The notes under the pieces were generated by a model that was not told the origin of the DNA, did no database searches, and saw only the letters and a program-made list of their open reading frames with translations. This document shows, piece by piece, positions 56,850 through 64,000 of a stretch of DNA of 64,000 nucleotides. Where the stretch lies: NCBI RefSeq assembly GCF_009914755.1, contig NC_060934.1, one strand, 5' to 3'. Within the stretch, counting starts at the first letter, position 1. Every line of letters begins with the position of its first letter. The position numbers were made by a program, and so were the translations under genes. Source of the stretch: the human T2T-CHM13v2.0 reference genome, Homo sapiens.

Positions 56850-57130
56850 AGTTCCCTCCTGGAGGTTGTGGGAACCTCTAATTTATAGCCCTTCACAGGT
56901 GATAACCTAAGACTTTCAACTGGCTTCTGACGTGAGAGGCAATCTTATGGAAGTGAGCTCTTAACCTGTGAGGTCTGCACCTACTCTGGTTAGTGTCAGA
57001 ATTGAGTTAAATTGTAGAGTTAAATGTGGGGTCCACTTGGGGAAAAACCGACACATATCTTGGTAACCGGAAGTATTCTGTGCTGTGTCAAGTATGAGAG
57101 GAGGAAAAACAGTTTGGTTTTTCCCTATCT
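56850..57130 (+). mobile_element. MER21-like LTR fragment
   Basis: gtgggaacctctaatttatagcc...ttagtgtcagaattgagttaaattgtag. Confidence 0.6.
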
Positions 57131-59945
57131 TAACAGTTTGTTTTTCGTTTCAGTTAGGACTCATGAGTGAGGACAAAGTTGATGGGAGTCAGGCATGCCT
57201 AGACCTCACCAGCAGAGGTCAGAAGAAGACAAGAAGTACAAAAAGAAACGTGTCTTTTTACAGAACACCCTGACATTGGAAAGTCTATCAGTCATGTATC
57301 TTGAATAAGATTTCATACTACATTAAATTAAGATTTTTTTGATATAAATAGGTTCCAATATCCTATACACCATGCAAAAGATTGCACTACATGAAGGGAT
57401 AGCTGAATCTATGAAAATTCATAGTTTTACATATCTATTCTTCCTTATTAAAATCATCAATAAACTCAAAGAAACAATATAATCCATTATTAATACAGTT
57501 CTCTACAGAGTAAATATAATGTTTGTTTATGTGCTTAAGTGCCTGTTTGGGGGAAACCAAAGCACTTAGTAAACACCAATACTAATCCTCTTAGGAAGGA
57601 CTGTATACCACTCTCCCTATTTTAAACAGAGAACTGCCTTATGTAAAATAATACATTGGCAAAGCTGGAAGGAAAGCTGTGATTACCCGACTATGCACTA
57701 GTGTACAAGTCTTCCCCAATGGAAATAAGAGCATGCTTCAAGTGTATGCTCTATAAAGACTGCAGACCAGCAAGGCTATCATTTCTAGACTTTATTCCAT
57801 TTTAAAAATGTAAACTTTTTTTAATTCATTTCCTGGAAATGGTAAAACTTGGCTACTAGGACTAGGCAGTCACCACAGAACACAAGAACTTAACTCAAAC
57901 CTGAAGAACTTGGGGGAAATCCTGATAAACTAAGAGGCTTCCAGCCTTAGGCTGTTTTGCATGTGGCTAAGTTCTCATTCCACTTTAAAGAAACCAAAAC
58001 TGTAAAAGGCAAGTCATGCAATATGAGTGCAGTTTCCGTAAAAAAGGCCTTAGGGAAACCCAATCAACAGCCTCTGAATCCTGTCCCCACCCCCAAATAA
58101 AAGACAAGTGAATATAAAGTTATATCTTATTTTAAAATAAATTACTAAGGTACGCATAGATCATTTTTTAGTGATTCCCCATTAAATTAAACTTTCTGGA
58201 GAAAACAATCAATTAATTATAAGCCTAACTGCATTAAGAGGTCATTTACTATATAGGCACATCTCTTAAAAAACTAATAAAAAATTTTGAAAAACAATAT
58301 TCCTCAAGCATGCATCCTCCTGTGTCTGATATTTCTTCTTTTCTTCACCTCCCCATTTATTGAATCATTTAAATCACCGGTCTGAAGACTTTCAAACTTT
58401 CTGGATCAGGAAATTACAAAAGGGGGAGGGGAATGTTGGAGAGAGAAGTCAATACTGGACTGCCAGATTTTTATTTTGCCAAATGTGGATATCTTTTGTT
58501 AAAGATATCTTCCAACTCTTTCTGATTTCTCAAATAAAAGACACTGTAACACTTGAAGGGACAATCTCTGCCAGTCTTTATGTCAATATATTTAGTTTTA
58601 CAAAGAATCCATTACATTAATTCAGCCCAAAAGAGAGATCATAGTCAGAGTGTGAGAACAAATCCTTACATTCCCATTCAAGGTGGACTGCCACAAACTT
58701 CACAGGGGCATTTACCAACTTCTCACTATTACTCATTATTTCCTTCTCAGTCATTCCTCAGCTACAAAGAATCTGCCTTTCCCCTCCACCTGCACTACCA
58801 CTGCATTTCACATATACTATGGCCCCACCAAGCCACCAGTCGTCTCCTACCTGTAGTCACTGGATGTGAGCTTCTCCAAGGCAGAAACTATGTCTTATTT
58901 AATCCTAGCATTCTATGCAGAACTAGGCCAGTGCTTGATACATAGTTGCTATTCAATTATGTAGATATTAAAACAAAGGTATTCATTTGCTGAAACCTCT
59001 AGGTTATGATACTGAGAGAGAACCAGACAGTCACAAGAGAATTCAACTGCAGGTCTGCCTATAGGGTTCTCTATATACATAAAATGGCAATTTCATCTAC
59101 ATCTTAAGGTTTTGCTACAGTTTTGATTTTCAGAAAAGTTTGATCCCAGGAAGATTTTCTAAAATATTTTTCAAATTCCAATTCCAATTTCACCTTCATT
59201 ACCTGAAATTCAGCCCCTTGTCCTCATCAAACATACATGAACTGATAATAATCCCAGTCAATACCCCCACTTTCATTCTACAGTTCATTTTCTGGTACAG
59301 AAACAGTGGGGAGGAAAAGGGAGATTTCGGACAACCTTAAAACATTCCGTCACTACTTCAAACGCATGCCTGGGTGTGGAGCCAGTTCCTTGCTATGTAT
59401 AACGAGGAAAGATTTTTAAATGTTGACAAGTTTACTATGTAACACTTCTCTAAGTACTTAAAATACTAAAATACTGACCCACAGAAAACGATTTTGGTTG
59501 TTGTAAGAAATTTACTAAAATCTCCTGGAACAGTCACATTTCAAAGAACTGCTGGTCTTAGAATGGTGCTTTATTTGCCACAGGGTACATGAGAATCACT
59601 TGTGAAGCCTTTAAAAATTACCTACCCAGAGAGGCTGATTTCACAGACTGAGGTGGGAGCTGGGCAGCTGTGCTCTCAAAGCCTCTCTGTTCTGAAGCAC
59701 GCCTAGCTCAGGACCTGCCAGTCTAGAATGAAGTCTGTCAACTACCTATCAGAATCTCCTAAAATCTCCTAATATTATTTCACCATTAACTATTATCTTA
59801 CAGTGGCATAATGAGGTCCAAAATCTAACAATGACTGTACCATTCCCATATAATATGGCACTTAAAATCACAAAGGTGGTCAATTTTATTCTTCTAATAA
59901 AGGCAATTCACCAGTAACTGTAAATACATCAAGAGCAGGACTTAC

Positions 59946-59985
59946 CCGTTCCACAGCCACATTATGATCTGGGAGCTCCTCCTCA
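59946..59985 (-). CDS. USP6NL: USP6NL coding exon, 40 nt: (H)EEELPDHNVAVER
   Basis: Minus strand reads ctgcag|T GAG GAG GAG...GAA CGG|gtaag. The translation matches the RN-tre N-terminal region (about aa 52-65). Confidence 0.95.
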
Positions 59986-60184
59986 CTGCAGAGGAAAAAC
60001 AGTATTATATGAAATTGTTGAAATCAAAACAAACTTTTAAAAGCTTATATACTTATAGATACATATGACATACAATATTTATTTGTCATCACAAGAGTTA
60101 CATAGGCTTCCATTCATTGAATTCAATATGAAATGATAGCTACTCTAGAACCACAGGGTCACCTATCTTCAAAATCCAGCCCTG

Positions 60185-60385
60185 CACTGTCACCAGTAGC
60201 CACAAGCCACATTTATTAATAAAAAGCATCTAATTAACATTAAAATTTAATTTAGTTTAACACTGAGTTAGTCTCACTAGGCACAGTTCAAGTGCATGAA
60301 TGTCACGTAGCTAGAAGCCACCATATTGAACGGTACAGATATAGAACATTTCCATCACTGCAGAAAGGTCCACTGGACAGCACTG
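60185..60385 (+). mobile_element. MER3-like hAT MITE
   Basis: gatatagaacatttccatcactgcagaaaggtccactggacagcactg. Confidence 0.7.
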
Positions 60386-60393
60386 CTCCAGAC

Positions 60394-60615
60394 TAGGAGT
60401 GAGCAAACTTCTTCTCGCAAGATAAATATTTAAACGGTAAGTATTTGAGACTTTCTGGGCCATACCGTCTTTTTCACAACGATAGCTCTGATGTTGTAGT
60501 ACAAAAGCAACCACAGACACTACGTAAATCAAGTGTGGCTCTGTTCCCACGAAACTTTTACAAAAATAGGTGGTGAGCTGGATCTGCTCCACAGGCCCCA
60601 GCTTGCCACCCTCTG
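60394..60615 (+). mobile_element. MER58A-like hAT MITE
   Basis: gcaaacttcttct...gggccataccgtct...gtgtggctctgttcc. Confidence 0.7.
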
Positions 60616-60736
60616 CTTTAGACCACCACCTCCACTCTTGGTTCAAACTATGGTCTATAATCAATGATTGTTTAAAAAAATAGCATAAGGAAAAAACTGC
60701 CTCCAACAGACTTGTGAATTTAAAGAGAAAACTTTA

Positions 60737-61072
<336 letters not shown>

Positions 61073-62077
61073 GAATGCTTCACTGTCAAAATTTCAAGAG
61101 ATTATTTTTTAAATATACACTAAAAGATCAAGTTCATTTCTGACACAGTATATTTGTGATATCATCTCTAATATAAAATATTCTGAGATTCTTGTATTAA
61201 CTGTCAGTAATATAAAAACCACATGCTATCCATAAACAAAGTTATGCACTTTGAGTAGCTTTCTCAGTAGTACTGTTTTGGCAACACTATGTTTATATTC
61301 TTGCCTTAGTTTCTCTTGAGATCAAATAATATATCATCTTGAAGAGCATGGTAGAGCGGTATTCACCAGTACGGTATTTTCAAAGGCACTCTTTTTCTAC
61401 TCTGAGGAGTCCTTAGGTGAACAATTACTACAGCCACAAAACTAACACAAAAGAATAACCGCCAAAAGAGATCTTAGAGTCCAAATCTCTCATTTCACAG
61501 ATAATACAACTAACATTTTCACTTAGTCGAGAGACTTTTAGCACTAATTCAGTGGGTTCAACTTCATACAGACAAGATCTCAGATCATGCAGGAGTATAT
61601 GAAGAAAAGGGACGGAGGCTGAGAAAACGATTCTCAAGAAGAAACGAAACTGGTTACAAATAAAAAAGTCTTCAGACCTCATAGATGGATGATAGAGTAA
61701 ATATGTGGTCCAGCTTTCCTATACAGATGTTCTGGCATGATTTCTCCATATCTAAAACTTTTCATGGAGAATCTGCTGTGTGCATACCAATCTCCACAGA
61801 GCTTTTCCCCCTCAAGTCTCTGTGCCGGCATATGCTTAAATTTCACACCCTTCCGAGGATGACACTGCTGCTGCTTACCAAGAGCTCCCTGTAATGCCCA
61901 GAATACGTAAGTTGGCATGCTGGAAGAGCTCAGTAAACGGTGCTGAATGAAGATATGAACAGGAGGATGAACACATGCCTGCAGGCATGGATGCATCCTT
62001 ACCTTGCCTCCTAAATATCCTTCAAGTGGAGGAGAAGAAAGAAGGACCACAATCTGGGTGAATGCAGAGAATTCCTT

Positions 62078-62296
62078 TAGGTCAGCAAACTATGGTGCAT
62101 AGGCCAAATCTGGCCCACTGTGCATTTTTGTAAAGTTTTAATGGAACGCTGTCACACTCTGCCATGAATGTATTGTCTCTGGTTGTTTTCATGCTGCAAC
62201 AGCAGGGTTAAGCAGTTGTGACAAAGACCGTATGACCTACAAAGCCAAAGATCCTTCATATCTGGCTCTTTAGAGAAAATGTTTGCCAAACCCTGC
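62078..62296 (-). mobile_element. MER58A-like hAT MITE, opposite in orientation to the copy at 60394
   Basis: gtcagcaaactatgg...ggccaaatctggcc...gtttgccaaaccctg. Confidence 0.72.
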
Positions 62297-62630
62297 TTTA
62301 GAGAACAAGGGCTTAAGAGCACCTAAAGGCTGCTTTAAGAAAACACCAAGCTGATAGCAAGTACCTATATCTCACAGAAATACAGTAAGGGAAAACCATA
62401 AGACAGCCATCTCTGGAAAGAGAGAGACCTTAACTGGATACATTGTTCATCTACTCTTAAACTTTGAAAGTATTACTAATCGGAGTTTATGTGCCTATAA
62501 CCTCTCAACAGCTAGGTGGAGTATTTATGTTAACTATAAGATGAACTTTCATTTGGAAACTTAAAAGTTAACTTGTTAAAATTAATAAGTTGACTGTATT
62601 GACTAAATTTTATTTTTGTTTTTAAAGTAA

Positions 62631-63145
<515 letters not shown>

Positions 63146-64000
63146 TTATACAGTCACAGTAAACTACAGAGAGTCTGCTTTTATAAATATACACATTTTG
63201 ATAAGTAGCTGAAAATCTGAAGCTTGGTATTAATTTTATCTTATTTCTGGTATGACTTCCTTCTAATTCTTCTATTAATAACTTGTGACCTAAATACATT
63301 ATCTATCATTATCCAAATACCAAACATTCTTTGTTAAGTAGACTAGCAGTGACTATTTTTGATTAAAATGTTAAAGTTCTCCAACTTCTTCCTTAAACAA
63401 GCTCTGTTTCTCTATTCTCCAGCTTTAACTCCATCATGGCACACACTGGGGAGAATGCCTCACTGCTGAGTACTAAACAAAGAGGTTGCTCATCTGGCAG
63501 AGCTCAGTTGGTTTGGCAACAGCTTTCATATTTATTGTGTAATCTATTCCAAAACCAAGTTGTTCTATATTTGTTAATTACTGTCACTCCACATATAATA
63601 ACAGGTAATTTAAGTTTCTAAAACTGTAATTAGATATAAACTCAGGCAACAAAGGTTGCAAAGTTATTTTTGCCATTTTATTGTATTAACATTGACACTT
63701 AAAACCCAATTTCATTGCAGAATGAATCAAAAATTACAAAGAACTAAGACAGTAGAAAAAAATGCTCTTTTGATCAAGGTGTGACAGGGAATAATATCTA
63801 CATGCTTACACCAAATGATTTTATTCAATAGTGCATAAAACTCCGGTCTGTGGTGACAAGCAATAAAAACCACTAGTAACAATGTCTGGAGAAAATGTTT
63901 TACTTAAACTACTCATTGTACTAAAAATCACTGATTTTGGTGAAATTTATTAAGGCTTGACATTACCCTAATATCCATTTCTATGCTTCATTATGTTCAT

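Overview
Primate (most likely human) genomic DNA containing the 3' part of USP6NL (RN-tre, a TBC-domain Rab GAP) on the minus strand. I could place 11 coding exons, all with GT-AG borders and consistent phases. Together they encode about aa 52-828 of the 828-aa protein (numbering from my recollection of that protein), including the IxxDxxR arginine finger and YxQ glutamine finger. The 3' UTR lies at the left end of the window and the 5' exons lie beyond the right end. The introns are filled with Alu, L1, L2/MIR, DNA-transposon and ERV relics, including a near full-length sense-oriented LTR13 and an ERV-L integrase/dUTPase remnant with an MLT2 LTR. I see no convincing wholly new system. The most interesting signals are in the ~18-kb last intron, which separates the catalytic TBC domain from the long disordered tail. 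They are a candidate 53-nt cassette exon whose donor sits in a hairpin, a candidate intronic polyadenylation site and a candidate poison exon. Upstream of that intron, a 414-nt block of four exons could circularise into a stop-free frame. All of these are sequence-based inferences that need RNA data. Repeat subfamily names are from recalled consensus sequences, not from a search.
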